Shown here one piece after another: positions 1-9,893 of a stretch of DNA of 33,480 nucleotides (within the stretch, counting starts at the first letter, position 1; the number at the start of each line of letters is the position of its first letter). The stretch spans positions 1 to 33,480 of the IMG/VR virus record IMGVR_UViG_3300025572_000020. The stretch is one strand, 5' to 3'. The position numbers and the translations under genes are program-made. Source of the DNA: a virus. Its lineage: Duplodnaviria > Caudoviricetes. The notes under the pieces were generated by a model that ran no database searches, was not told the DNA's origin, and was given only the letters and a program-made list of their open reading frames with translations.

Positions 1-83
1 GTGTCCGACCCGGCGCGGCTGAACTTTTGCAGCACCCCTACCCCTGCAAATCACATAATGAGCAAATATGATGAACATCGTAT
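1..83. other. Putative cos/packaging-end-proximal non-coding region
   Basis: Lies directly downstream of the HNH gene on the minus strand. Reads GGGGTAGGGGTGCTGCAAAAGTTC...CGGACAC on the minus strand, the G-rich layout typical between HNH and the small terminase gene in HK97-like cos phages. Confidence 0.4.
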
Positions 84-401
84 TCATTTACCGAATCCTC
101 CATCCTCGATCGCGGTCTTTCGATCGTGGCATCGTTTGCAGAGAGGCTGCCAATTCGATCTGTCCCAGAACAGGATCATGTCTCCCTTGTGTGGGACGAC
201 GTGGTCGGTGACCTGAGACGGTGTTCGTACTCCCCGCCTCAAACACTCCGCGCACAGAGGGTTCTGCGCCAGGTACTCTCTGCTAGCTCTGTCCCATTCC
301 TTCGTGTACCCTCTCTTCGACCTGCTCACGACGAGCTTGGCCCTCGCCCTCTGCACCAGCCGTTTGGGCACCGGCCGATGGATCTTGTTACTCCACGGCA
401 T
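84..401 (-). CDS. HNH endonuclease (HK97 gp74-like, terminase/cos-associated)
   Basis: RGYTKEW, PLCAEC, VTDHVVPHKGD, FWDRSNWQPLCKRCHDRKT motifs. Start chosen at ATG 401 (MPWSNK), outside the upstream repeat array. Confidence 0.9.
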   Translation of the reverse strand: MPWSNKIHRPVPKRLVQRARAKLVVSRSKRGYTKEWDRASREYLAQNPLCAECLRRGVRTPSQVTDHVVPHKGDMILFWDRSNWQPLCKRCHDRKTAIEDGGFGK

Positions 402-438
402 GGCGCTCGCCCCGGCATGATGGATCGACCGCGCGGGC

Positions 439-642
439 GGCATTGGCCATCTGGCCATCAGGATCTATTCTTTCTTCTAGTTCCTCGCGCGCGCTACACG
501 CACGCGTACGTGCAGGAAAAAAGTTGGGAAACCTGATGGCCAGATGGCCAATGTTGTCGCGAAACAGCGCTCCTGAGCGCTCTAAACGATTGGCCATCTC
601 TATTGGCCATCTCAGTTTCCTGATGGCCAGATGGCCAATGCC
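439..642. repeat. Iteron-like direct/inverted repeat array, candidate replication origin
   Basis: CCTGATGGCCAGATGGCCAATG at 532-553 and 619-640 with its exact reverse complement at 441-462. ATTGGCCATCTC at 589-600 and 602-613. Eight TGGCCA hexamers in total, directly downstream of the primase-helicase gene. Confidence 0.8.
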
Positions 643-667
643 TCTAGAAGCGCTCTCGCCCCGCAAA

Positions 668-2920
668 TTAAAGGACATCGTCGCTCTCCGCGGCCCTGTC
701 ATCCCCGAAACTCAGCCTCGCCATGAGGTTCTGGTGGATTCGCTCCCGTTCTCCCGGCTTCTTGGCCAGAAACGCCTTCAGGCGCATCGTTCCGCCCGGA
801 CGTGTCCAAAACGTAACGCGCCTGTTCCCGATCCTCGTTCGGCCTTCTGCGCCGGGCAGACTCGTCCATCCTCGCCGCGCCGCGATCAGGCCGATTCGCT
901 TGTCGCTTATTTTGCAGTTGTTCTGGAGCAGATATTCTGCGACCATCGCCGAGGAGATGATGTCCTGATTGTCGAACACGTCGCACAGGTCGACGGCGTG
1001 CTCGAAGTCGGTCTTCGACGCTTCGACGATCAGCTCCTTGAGCTTCGTGTTCGGCGCTTCCATCGTGGGCACGAAGCCGGAGACGTCGCGTTCGTTGAGC
1101 CAGTGGGCGATGCCTCCGTAACCGACCTCCTCGAGCCACTTGTGAAACGCTCGCATCCTGGGCCGGCGAATTTCCTCGGGCGCCTCCACGCATTGCACCA
1201 GCATGTACCGCCGGTCGCCCTTCTCGATGGGCAACGCTTGCATGTGATTCGTCGAGGCGCAGACGTTGGCGAAGTTCGGGATCACGAAGCCGGTCTGGTG
1301 CATCCTGCGCACGCTCACCGTCGGGTTCGCGACGACCGGTTTGAGCTTCTCGGCGACGTGGTACTTGTCTCCGCTCATCAGCTCCTCGATCTTCACGAGC
1401 AGCTTGCCGTAGCACCAGTCGTTGAACTTGTCCTCGAGCTCCGCCTGCGTGGGCTCCGACACGTGGCTCAATCCGATGCAATGGGCGAGGCAGTTGAAGA
1501 CCGTCGTCTTGCCGACGCCGTGAGAGCTGCTGTAGAGGATCGGCGCCCATGTGATCTTCTCGCCCGGGCGCTGATACACCCACGCCAGCCAGTCCGCGAT
1601 GTAGTCGCGCTCAACGGGATCGGGGATGAGCCAGTTCAGGTGATCCTCCCACATCGAGACGTCGATGTTCGGATCGGGCTCGATCCGCATGTCGATGTAC
1701 GTGTTCAGCACGACCAGCTTGCCGCGCCTGACGAATCGGTCTCTCCCTGGGAGGAACTCCGCGATGTCGGCCTTGCGCGTGGTCTTCTTTTTCAAGAAGA
1801 TCTCGGTGGGCGTCCCCTTCTTGCCCCTGCCCCCGTGCGTCGAGTCGTAGACCTTCGTGTCGACGAGCGTCCCGTCTCTCGCGTCCCAGAACTGATCGAG
1901 TCGCCTGACGAAGACCCAGTTCGGGCTCGTCTCCTCGTCGTCCTCGTCGCCGCCTCCCTCTCCCATGAATTCCAGGACGTGGTCCCACCACTTGTCCTCG
2001 CACGAGGCGTGGTGACACTTGAACCGAGGCTCCGCGTGCCCGTTGTAGTTGGGCTCGAAGTAGAACGTGTCGTCGTCGCGCTCCTCTCCCGTGTGGTTCT
2101 CTTCCCAGGGACACCGGATCATGTGCTGTCCCGGTCTGAGCCTCCCGATATAAAGGCCCGCGTCCCTGAGCTTCGCGATGTTCTCGTCTTCCTCGCCCGT
2201 TTTCTTCTTCGTCCTCGACGACACCTTCACCTTGAGCGCGTCGCCGTCGATCCAGCCGACCCTCTTCTCCACGGGATCGTCGACGCCCTCCAGGATCGGG
2301 TCGCCGGTGTAGATCGGCTGCGCCGGCCGGTAGACCGCGAAGTCGACGATGTGCTTGATCTTGCCGTCGACCTCGACCTTGTCGTCGCCCCACTTCGCCT
2401 TGGCGTACTCCTTCATGTCTGCGCAAGTGGCCGGGCGCTCGAGCTCGACCCACAGCCGCGCCCTGTACTTGCCGAAGAACCCGTGGCTGTTGGTGAGATG
2501 CCACACGCATCGCACGCCTCTGAGGGAGAGCCGGTCGAGCAGTTCAAGGGCGAAGGTCTCGCCGTCGTCGATCGACGCTAGGGGTTCGAAGTCGATCTGG
2601 TCCACGTCGATGGGCATCCACAGCCGGGGCACGTCGACGAGCGTGGCGTCCGCCCCGTCGCGCGCGGAGCTCAGTCGCCTTTTCTTCTCTCCCTTCTTCC
2701 AGTCTTTCGGCGCGCCTAGCACGACGAACGACTCGCTCTTCGGTCTCAGCTTCTCGAGCCATTGGCCCCGATCGTCGATCTCGATCTCCTCCGCCGTGAA
2801 CGTTTTCGCCCGCCCGTAGCCTTCCACTTCGATCGAGCCGCTTTTCGTTTTTCTAAACGTTTTGACTGCTTTAACGCCACGCGTTGTGAGTACGGTGAGT
2901 CGATTGGAGACGTCGAGCAT
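668..2920 (-). CDS. Primase-helicase (N-terminal primase-like domain, Zn finger, C-terminal DUF5906/D5-like SF3 ATPase)
   Basis: 750 aa. IRCPWEENHT...FKCHHASC zinc ribbon, WLAWVYQRPGEK, Walker A HGVGKTT, Walker B KIEEL, TNH...DRRY motif. Confidence 0.85.
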   Translation of the reverse strand: MLDVSNRLTVLTTRGVKAVKTFRKTKSGSIEVEGYGRAKTFTAEEIEIDDRGQWLEKLRPKSESFVVLGAPKDWKKGEKKRRLSSARDGADATLVDVPRLWMPIDVDQIDFEPLASIDDGETFALELLDRLSLRGVRCVWHLTNSHGFFGKYRARLWVELERPATCADMKEYAKAKWGDDKVEVDGKIKHIVDFAVYRPAQPIYTGDPILEGVDDPVEKRVGWIDGDALKVKVSSRTKKKTGEEDENIAKLRDAGLYIGRLRPGQHMIRCPWEENHTGEERDDDTFYFEPNYNGHAEPRFKCHHASCEDKWWDHVLEFMGEGGGDEDDEETSPNWVFVRRLDQFWDARDGTLVDTKVYDSTHGGRGKKGTPTEIFLKKKTTRKADIAEFLPGRDRFVRRGKLVVLNTYIDMRIEPDPNIDVSMWEDHLNWLIPDPVERDYIADWLAWVYQRPGEKITWAPILYSSSHGVGKTTVFNCLAHCIGLSHVSEPTQAELEDKFNDWCYGKLLVKIEELMSGDKYHVAEKLKPVVANPTVSVRRMHQTGFVIPNFANVCASTNHMQALPIEKGDRRYMLVQCVEAPEEIRRPRMRAFHKWLEEVGYGGIAHWLNERDVSGFVPTMEAPNTKLKELIVEASKTDFEHAVDLCDVFDNQDIISSAMVAEYLLQNNCKISDKRIGLIAARRGWTSLPGAEGRTRIGNRRVTFWTRPGGTMRLKAFLAKKPGERERIHQNLMARLSFGDDRAAESDDVL

Positions 2921-2939
2921 GAGCGCAGAACTCCGCGTA

Positions 2940-3050
2940 ATTATCGGTTTTGCAGAAAGTTTTTACAAACGGAAGGTTCTTGTTGTACATTCCCCTTCGC
3001 CGGTTTGCAAAAACCCGCACCTAAAAGCAACCATACCATTCGAGGTGTCT
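2940..3050. promoter_or_regulatory. AT-rich divergent promoter region
   Basis: AT-rich gap between divergent genes. TTTACA(2962-2967)-N18-TACATT(2986-2991), TTTTGCA motifs, and SD GAGGTG before ATG 3054. Confidence 0.5.
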
Positions 3051-3053
3051 CTA

Positions 3054-3476
3054 ATGAAAACAACGGCGCTCGCTGCGTTGATCGTCTCGATTTTGAACAA
3101 GGTCGTCTCCGTTCTGGACAACGCGGCCCAAGAGATCGAAACGGCGATCAGCGAAAGCGGGGAGGAGAATGAGGGCGAGGAGACTCGCTCCGGCAAGGGG
3201 TCGACGGGCGCGAAGGAGAAGGGCGCCAAGGGCGCGAGCAAGGACGACGACCGCGACGGCGACGACGACGACGACGGCGACCGTGATACGCCGAGCGAAA
3301 GCGATATCATCGAAGCCGTTCGCGCAGCGCTGAAGGTCCTCGAGAAGACGAAAGTGGCGAAGATCATCAAGAAGTACGGCAAGGCGGACCGTGCCAGCGA
3401 GGTCGACGAAGAGCTGCGCCAGAAGGTGATCGACGAGCTCGAGAAGGCCATGGAAGCCGCCGGCGAGGCGGAGTAA
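3054..3476 (+). CDS. Hypothetical protein with acidic linker and helical C-terminal domain, of the type often found upstream of DUF2800 genes
   Basis: ATG 3054 with SD GAGGTG. 140 aa, D/E-rich middle, phage-like codon usage. Confidence 0.75.
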   Translation: MKTTALAALIVSILNKVVSVLDNAAQEIETAISESGEENEGEETRSGKGSTGAKEKGAKGASKDDDRDGDDDDDGDRDTPSESDIIEAVRAALKVLEKTKVAKIIKKYGKADRASEVDEELRQKVIDELEKAMEAAGEAE

Positions 3477-3506
3477 GCTCTCCTGAGGTCGAAGAACCAG
3501 AACCGC

Positions 3507-3531
3507 GCCCGGGGTCGTCGAGGCCCCGGGC
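3507..3531 (+). other. GC-rich intergenic hairpin
   Basis: GCCCGGGGTC-gtcga-GGCCCCGGGC stem with G-U pairing. No clear U-tract. Confidence 0.4.
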
Positions 3532-3544
3532 CTTCGGAGGAGTC

Positions 3545-3769
3545 ATGATTACCGACGATTTCAGGCGACGCATCGGCGTCGTCCCCATCTTGTACTCGCA
3601 GTTCGTCGACCGCAACGGGTGGTGGGCGAAGGACTGGCAGCGCGTGGCGTTGGTCAGGGTCGTCTTCAACGACGGCTACAAGGCGTCCCTGACGGTGGAG
3701 GACTACAAGTCCCTTCCCACCGACCAGCAGACGTTCATCAAGCACGCAGAATCGAGCTCGCCGCGATGA
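3545..3769 (+). CDS. Hypothetical protein (74 aa)
   Basis: Strong SD GGAGGAG before ATG, within the operon. Confidence 0.75.
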   Translation: MITDDFRRRIGVVPILYSQFVDRNGWWAKDWQRVALVRVVFNDGYKASLTVEDYKSLPTDQQTFIKHAESSSPR

Positions 3770-3840
3770 CGCCGGGCGAGATCCTCACCGTCTGGGACGG
3801 AGCTCATCCGCCCGCGACGCTCGAGGTGGAGACCCCATGA
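3766..3840 (+). CDS. 24-aa minigene (MTPGEILTVWDGAHPPATLEVETP)
   Basis: ATGA overlaps at both ends (3766-3769 and 3837-3840) exactly fill the gap between neighbours. Confidence 0.45.
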   Translation: MTPGEILTVWDGAHPPATLEVETP

Positions 3841-5068
3841 GAAAGAGACCCGAAGCGAATCACGAGGATCGCGCTCACGCGCCCCTCCCTCCGTCGGCCT
3901 CGAGCCGGTGGCTCGTGTGTTACGCCAGTCAGGGCTACATCAGGCGCCTGATCGAGGAGGGCACGATCCAGAAACGGGAGAGCGGTCCGGCCGCGCAGCG
4001 AGGCACCCGCATCCACGAGATCGCCGAGCCCTGGCTCCGCGCCTCGATCAGGGGCAAGAAATACAAGCCGCCCGCGAAGGCCGCGAAGGACGAGGTGGCC
4101 GAAGCGAAGGCGTACGTCGACTTCTGCATGCGGCGTTGGGAGGAGGCGCTGCTGCTCGATTCCGACGCGACGTACTGGATCGAGGAGCGCTGTGTCGTCA
4201 CCGAGGAGAACTGGGGCAGCGTCGACTTCGCCATCCTGGCCGCCGGGCGTCTCACAGCGATCGACCTGAAGAGCGGTCGCGAAGGCGTCGACGCGAAGGG
4301 CAACACGCAGCTCGTCAACTACCTTTTCGGGATCGCTAAGACGCTCCCGACGTGGCCCCGCGAGTTCGAGGCTGTTATCTGGCAACCTAACGCCCAGGAC
4401 GGCGGGCCTCCCGAGCGAGCGCACGTCTATACGACGAAGGAGTTCGGCGCTCTGTGCGACCGTCACATGGAGGGAGTCGAGAAGGCGACTCAGTGGCTCA
4501 TGAAGAAGAAGGGCCACGAGGCGGAGCTCGTTCCCGGAGATCACTGCCGCTACTGCGACGCGCTGGGCGTGTGCCCGATGGCGAGGGAGCGGCAGCTCGC
4601 CATCGCGACGAAGAACTTCCAGCCGGTGCCGGTCGAGCGGATCGAACCCCCGGCGCCGGAGACCCTCGAACCCGATCAGGTGGCCGAGATCATGAAGCGC
4701 GCTCCGGCGTTCATGAAATGGCTCGAGGCCGTCGAAGTCCGAGCCCTCGAACTCGTGCAAAAGGGGTATCGTGTGCCGGGTTTCAAGGTGGTCCAGAAAG
4801 TGACGCGTCGAGTGTGGGAGCCCAAGCACACGCCGGCGTCGATCGCCAAGGGTCTGGGACTGACAGTCGATCAGATCACGGAGACGAAGCTCCTCTCACC
4901 GTCGAAGGTCGAGGAGCTCCTGCCCAAGGAGCGGCGCAAGAAACTCTCGCAGTACGTGTTCAAGCCCATCGGGGCTCCGACCATCGTACCCGAGTCGGAT
5001 CGACGCGAGGCGTTGCCTAGCGCGAAGATCTCGTTCAAACCTGTGTCCAACGAAGAGGAGATGGACTG

Positions 5069-5069
<1 letters not shown>
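3837..5069 (+). CDS. DUF2800 family Cas4-like PD-(D/E)XK exonuclease
   Basis: HAPLPPSASSRWLVC, AAQRGTRIHE, WGSVDF, IDLKSG, NTQL, PGDHCRYC...CP, PGFKVV, LLSPSKVE motifs. Confidence 0.9.
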
Positions 5070-5716
<647 letters not shown>

Positions 5717-5724
5717 TGTAGAGT

Positions 5725-5756
5725 AACGAGGCCGGTCGATCCCGGCCGGCTTCGTT
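5725..5756 (+). terminator. Stem-loop after the SSB gene
   Basis: AACGAGGCCGGTCG-atcc-CGGCCGGCTTCGTT, a 14-bp stem with two G-U pairs. Confidence 0.55.
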
Positions 5757-5796
5757 CTACGCGTTCGCCCGGGGACGACGAGGAGGAGGAGGGGCG

Positions 5797-5940
5797 ATGA
5801 GCGAGATCGGAGCGAGGCTATGGGAGAAACTGAGTCGTTGGTGGTGGCGCTTCTGGACCGGGCACGACAGCCTGGAGTCGGTGCGTCGTAGACTAGAACA
5901 AGACGTGACGCGCTTTGGCGGTCGCGTCGAGTGGGATTGA
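5797..5940 (+). CDS. Small Trp-rich hypothetical protein (47 aa; not in the ORF track)
   Basis: SD AGGAGGAGGAGG then ATG 5797. Translates as MSEIGARLWEKLSRWWWRFWTGHDSLESVRRRLEQDVTRFGGRVEWD. Confidence 0.6.
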   Translation: MSEIGARLWEKLSRWWWRFWTGHDSLESVRRRLEQDVTRFGGRVEWD

Positions 5941-5952
5941 GGAGAATACGAC

Positions 5953-6207
5953 ATGGCGAAGAAGAACGGCGCCGCGCCGCGCTCCTACAAGGAGCTGTAC
6001 AAGGCGCTGCCCAAGATGAGCGAAGCCGAGCTGCGTGCTGCGATGCAGGAGGAGCTCGACAAACCCAATCCGCGGCCCGATATGCTCGCGCGCATGGTCG
6101 GCCGGTTCAACCGGCTGCGCGGCAACAGAACGATGACGGGCGTTCTGGGGCTTCTGAGCTATAAAGGCAAGCGGAACCTCGATGCGGTGTTGGATAACGA
6201 CGGCTGA
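5953..6207 (+). CDS. Hypothetical helical protein (84 aa)
   Basis: SD GAGGAG. Overlaps the polymerase start. Confidence 0.75.
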   Translation: MAKKNGAAPRSYKELYKALPKMSEAELRAAMQEELDKPNPRPDMLARMVGRFNRLRGNRTMTGVLGLLSYKGKRNLDAVLDNDG

Positions 6208-8200
6208 CTTCGAGACGCGTTCCAGGCTTGACCTCAAGAAAGTCGGGGCGTGGCGCTACAGCACGCACCCGAGCACGACGGTGCTTTGCCTGGCGTACGC
6301 GCTCGATCACGGGCCCATTCGCCTATGGCGACCGGGAGACCCGGAGCCGCGAGATCTGTTCGACGCGATCGAGCAGGGCGCGTTCGTCGAGGCTCACAAC
6401 GCCTTCTTCGAATGGTGCATCTGGCATAACGTCATGGTCGAACGCCACGGATGGCCGCGTCTGCGAATCGAGCGCATCATCTGCTCCGCCGCGCGGGCCG
6501 CATTCTTCTGTCTGCCTCGCGCCCTGGAGAACGCGCTCATAGCCGTCGGCCTTGAGCAGCGCAAGCTCTCGAGCAAGGCGATGCAGAAACTGTCCAAACC
6601 TCGCAAGCCCACGAAGAAGGACAAGAGCGAATGGCATGAGGATCCTAAGCTCTACGAAGAACTGTACGAATATTGCAAGGGAGACGTGCGAGCCGAGATG
6701 GCGCTGAGCGATCACATCGGCGCGCTCCCCCCGTTCGAGCGTCGAGCGTTTCTCGCCGATTTCCGCATCAACCTTCGCGGGATAAGGGTCGACGTCGACT
6801 TCGTCAAGGCCGCCATCGTCGTCGCCGGCATCCTCGAGGAGCAGCTGTGCGAGGAGATGAGCCGCGTCACGAAAGGCCGGGTGACGGCCCCGACGCAGCG
6901 CGACAAGATCATCGACTTCCTCGCTTCGACCGGTCTCGAGCTCGACTCTGTCGACCAGGAGACGGTGGAGGACACGCTCTATCACGCGAAGCTGACCGAG
7001 ACCCAGCGACGCGTCCTGGAGCTGCGTCGGGAAGGCGCTCGCTCGAGCGTCAGCAAGTACAAGGCGTTCGTCGATTGCTTGGACGAGGACGTCGTTCGCG
7101 GTCTCTTCTTGTACTACGGCGCGAACGCTCACGGCCGTTGGGCCGGCAAGCTCATCCAGCCTCAGAACTTCCCGCGCGGCAACGCGAAGAGCAAGGACAA
7201 GGACGAGAAGGGCGGCGAACTGATGGAGCGCATGGTCGCCACGATCAAGATGGCCGCGAAGACTCGAAACGTCGAGATCCTGCGCGAGAACTTCTGGATC
7301 GAGGAGAACGAGATTCCGGGCGATCCGAAGTCGAAGCGTTTTCTCTCCCCGGCCCCGCCGGCGGAAGTGCTCTCGACCGCGTTGCGCGGAGCGTTCATCG
7401 CTCGCGAAGGCAAGACGTTCGGAGTCGGCGACTACGCCGCGATCGAGGCTCGCGTCCTTTTCTGGCTCGCCGACGAAAAGTACGGTCTCCAGATCTACAT
7501 GTCCAACGGCGATATCTATCGCGACATGGGGTCGGTCATCTTCAACAAGAAGCCGGAAGACCTCGACGTCTCGTTCGAACGCATGATGGGCAAGACCACC
7601 GTGCTCGGGTGCGGTTACGGGATGGGATGGCGTAAGTTCAAGCTCACCTGCAAACGGGCGTACGGGATGATCATCTCTGACGAGCTGTGCAAGAAGTCGG
7701 TCTACGCCTACCGCAAGCGGTACGCGCGTGTGCCGAAGTTCTGGGAAGAGCTCGAGGATGCCGCGATCGCCACGGTGCGAACCGGGTTCCCGCACGAGGT
7801 CAGCGACGGGCGCATTCGTTTCTCGATGCGCAAGGGCGATCTGGTGATCCGGCTTCCGAGCGGCCGCGAGATCTTCCACCGCCGCGCTCGCATCGGGCGG
7901 GACGGCGACCTGCAGTTCATCAACGGCAAGGGCTGGGTGGAGAGCACGTACGGTGGGAAGCTGTGCGAATACGTCGTCAGCGGCACGGCTCGCGACCTGT
8001 TGGCCGATGCGATCGTCAAGGCCGAGTTCGAGTACGACGAAATTGAGCCGGTGATGCACTCCCACGACGAACTCGTGGTCGAGGGCGAGCCCGGCAAGGC
8101 GGCGAAGATCGTCGAAGAGATCATGCTCGACGTGCCGTCGTGGGCCAAGGGGTTGCCCATCAAGGTCGAGGTGTGGGAAGGCCCGAGATATCACAAATGA
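6182..8200 (+). CDS. Family A DNA polymerase with 3'-5' exonuclease (APSE/SPO2-like)
   Basis: ExoI DFETRS, AHNAFFE, YCKGDV, GRWAG..QPQNFPR, motif A GDYAAIEARV, motif B RMMGKTTVLGCGYG, motif C HSHDELV. Confidence 0.95.
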   Translation: MRCWITTADFETRSRLDLKKVGAWRYSTHPSTTVLCLAYALDHGPIRLWRPGDPEPRDLFDAIEQGAFVEAHNAFFEWCIWHNVMVERHGWPRLRIERIICSAARAAFFCLPRALENALIAVGLEQRKLSSKAMQKLSKPRKPTKKDKSEWHEDPKLYEELYEYCKGDVRAEMALSDHIGALPPFERRAFLADFRINLRGIRVDVDFVKAAIVVAGILEEQLCEEMSRVTKGRVTAPTQRDKIIDFLASTGLELDSVDQETVEDTLYHAKLTETQRRVLELRREGARSSVSKYKAFVDCLDEDVVRGLFLYYGANAHGRWAGKLIQPQNFPRGNAKSKDKDEKGGELMERMVATIKMAAKTRNVEILRENFWIEENEIPGDPKSKRFLSPAPPAEVLSTALRGAFIAREGKTFGVGDYAAIEARVLFWLADEKYGLQIYMSNGDIYRDMGSVIFNKKPEDLDVSFERMMGKTTVLGCGYGMGWRKFKLTCKRAYGMIISDELCKKSVYAYRKRYARVPKFWEELEDAAIATVRTGFPHEVSDGRIRFSMRKGDLVIRLPSGREIFHRRARIGRDGDLQFINGKGWVESTYGGKLCEYVVSGTARDLLADAIVKAEFEYDEIEPVMHSHDELVVEGEPGKAAKIVEEIMLDVPSWAKGLPIKVEVWEGPRYHK

Positions 8201-8550
8201 AACGCGACCTCGACGCCCCGATCGATCTCAAGCTTCGTCGTCGTCTGACGCGGCGAGAACGTCCGTTCGAGTACGCGCTGCGCGACGAGTTGAAGTTGCG
8301 AGGCGTCGGCTTCGTAAAGCTGAAGCCGACGATCAAGGGCTTCCCCGATCGCCTGGCTCTGGGTAACGGCCGGGCGAAGCTCGTCGAAGTGAAGCGCGAG
8401 GGCGAGGAAGCTCGACGATCGCAGGTCGAGCGTCACAGGGAGATGAGAAAGAAGTATGGCATCGATGTACTAGTCGTCGAAGGTCCTGACGTAAAGAGAG
8501 CGGCGCTCGCGATCGTCAGGGCGCTAGGCATCGAGGATGACTTCGAATGA
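8197..8550 (+). CDS. VRR-NUC domain nuclease
   Basis: KGFPDRL...LVEVKREG...Q motif. ATGA overlap with the polymerase stop. Confidence 0.88.
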   Translation: MKRDLDAPIDLKLRRRLTRRERPFEYALRDELKLRGVGFVKLKPTIKGFPDRLALGNGRAKLVEVKREGEEARRSQVERHREMRKKYGIDVLVVEGPDVKRAALAIVRALGIEDDFE

Positions 8551-9893
8551 AGCCGTTGCTGCGTCACCAGAACGACGCTCTCGCTTTTCTTCGACGGAGA
8601 GGATGGCGCGGCGCCCTGTTCATGGAGCCCGGACTGGGCAAGACACGCGTCGGTCTCGAGGCGGCGAGGCGCGCCCGCCGGACCATCGTCGTGGCGCCTC
8701 TCAACCCGGCGATGTTCGTCTGGCCGGCTCAACATCGGGAGTGGGCTCGCGACCTCTCGTTCGCCCTGGTGCGAGGCTCTCCGAAGGAGCGAGCTCGCAT
8801 CTTGTTCGATCAGAAGCCCGACGTCGCTGTCTTGAACTACGATCTTGTACACTGGCTCTACGACGAAGTCGCCGCGAGGCGTAAGCTGCCGTACGACCTG
8901 CTGATCCTCGACGAGTCGACGGCGGTGAAGTCGCCGTCGTCGGTCACGTTTCGGGCTCTGCGAGCGTTCGAGCCGGCGTTTGACGCAGTGATCCCCATGA
9001 CGGGAACGCCGGCCGAGAACTCGCTGCACGATCTGTGGGGACAGCTCTGGTTTGTCGATCGCGGCGAATCGCTAGGCAAACGGATCGGCGTGTTTCGAGA
9101 GAGATACTGCTCGCCCGTAGTCAGGGAGAATTACACGACGTGGAAGGTGACGCGGGCGCAGGATCTCAGGCGGGACGCCGCGCCGCTGTGTTTCGTCCGT
9201 CGGGCGACCGATTGTTTGGACATGCCGCCGCTGATCTTCAGCGACGTCGTATTCGATCTGACGCCCGCCGAACGTAGGTTCTACGAGACGACGCGCAAGC
9301 ATTGCATCGTCGAGCTACCCGACGAGCCATTCACCTTGGCGAACGCCGGCGTCGCTCTCGACAAGCTCCGGCAGATCACGAGCGGATTCGTGTACGACGA
9401 GGAACGGGTTGCCCACGTCATCGAGCACGTGCCGTCGAAGATACGGGCTCTCGAGGAGGCCGTCGACGAGGCGTTCGGTCGTCCGATCCTCGTGGGTTTC
9501 TGGTATCAAGGCAGCAAACGTCTGATCCAGGCTGCGTTCCCGAACGCCCCTGCGATCGACCGCTTCACCCCGCCGCGGGAGAAGGAACGACTTTTCGCCG
9601 CGTGGTCGAGGGGCGAGCTCCCGATCCTGCTGGGGCAGGTGAAGACGATAGCGCTGGGAATGAACATGCAGTCGCCCGACGCGAGCGTGATCTTCTACGA
9701 CATGCCCTGGAGCCACGGGCAACATTGGCAATTCATCCGAAGAATCTGGAGGCAGGGGCAGGCGACAAAGGTCGTGGTTCGCCGGCTCATCGCCCGACAT
9801 ACGGTCGACGGCTACGTCGCGAGCGTGCTCAAACGCAAACAACAAGCCGAAGACGAACTACTCACAACAATCCTCGAGAAGGAGCTGATATGA
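8547..9893 (+). CDS. SNF2-family (SF2) helicase
   Basis: LLRHQ, MEPGLGKT, ILDEST, MTGTP, LWGQ, KLRQITSG, LGMNMQ, RIWRQGQ motifs. Confidence 0.92.
   Translation: MKPLLRHQNDALAFLRRRGWRGALFMEPGLGKTRVGLEAARRARRTIVVAPLNPAMFVWPAQHREWARDLSFALVRGSPKERARILFDQKPDVAVLNYDLVHWLYDEVAARRKLPYDLLILDESTAVKSPSSVTFRALRAFEPAFDAVIPMTGTPAENSLHDLWGQLWFVDRGESLGKRIGVFRERYCSPVVRENYTTWKVTRAQDLRRDAAPLCFVRRATDCLDMPPLIFSDVVFDLTPAERRFYETTRKHCIVELPDEPFTLANAGVALDKLRQITSGFVYDEERVAHVIEHVPSKIRALEEAVDEAFGRPILVGFWYQGSKRLIQAAFPNAPAIDRFTPPREKERLFAAWSRGELPILLGQVKTIALGMNMQSPDASVIFYDMPWSHGQHWQFIRRIWRQGQATKVVVRRLIARHTVDGYVASVLKRKQQAEDELLTTILEKELI

Noticed and set aside
439-642. CRISPR array or transposon ends
   Set aside because: Repeats are in mixed orientation with irregular spacing. 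No cas operon or transposase is present.
443-2581. 712-aa plus-strand ORF
   Set aside because: Antisense shadow of the primase-helicase. It has no motifs, and long stop-free antisense frames are expected at this GC and codon bias.
6323-8194. 623-aa minus-strand ORF, and similar ones at 9812-11476, 3804-4829, 24288-25505 and 28821-29990
   Set aside because: Antisense to well-supported genes, with no recognisable domains.
9302-9889. N-terminal extension of the carbamoyltransferase ORF (747 aa in the track)
   Set aside because: Overlaps the helicase in another frame. ATG 9890 has an SD (AAGGAG) and an ATGA overlap, and family motifs start right after it.
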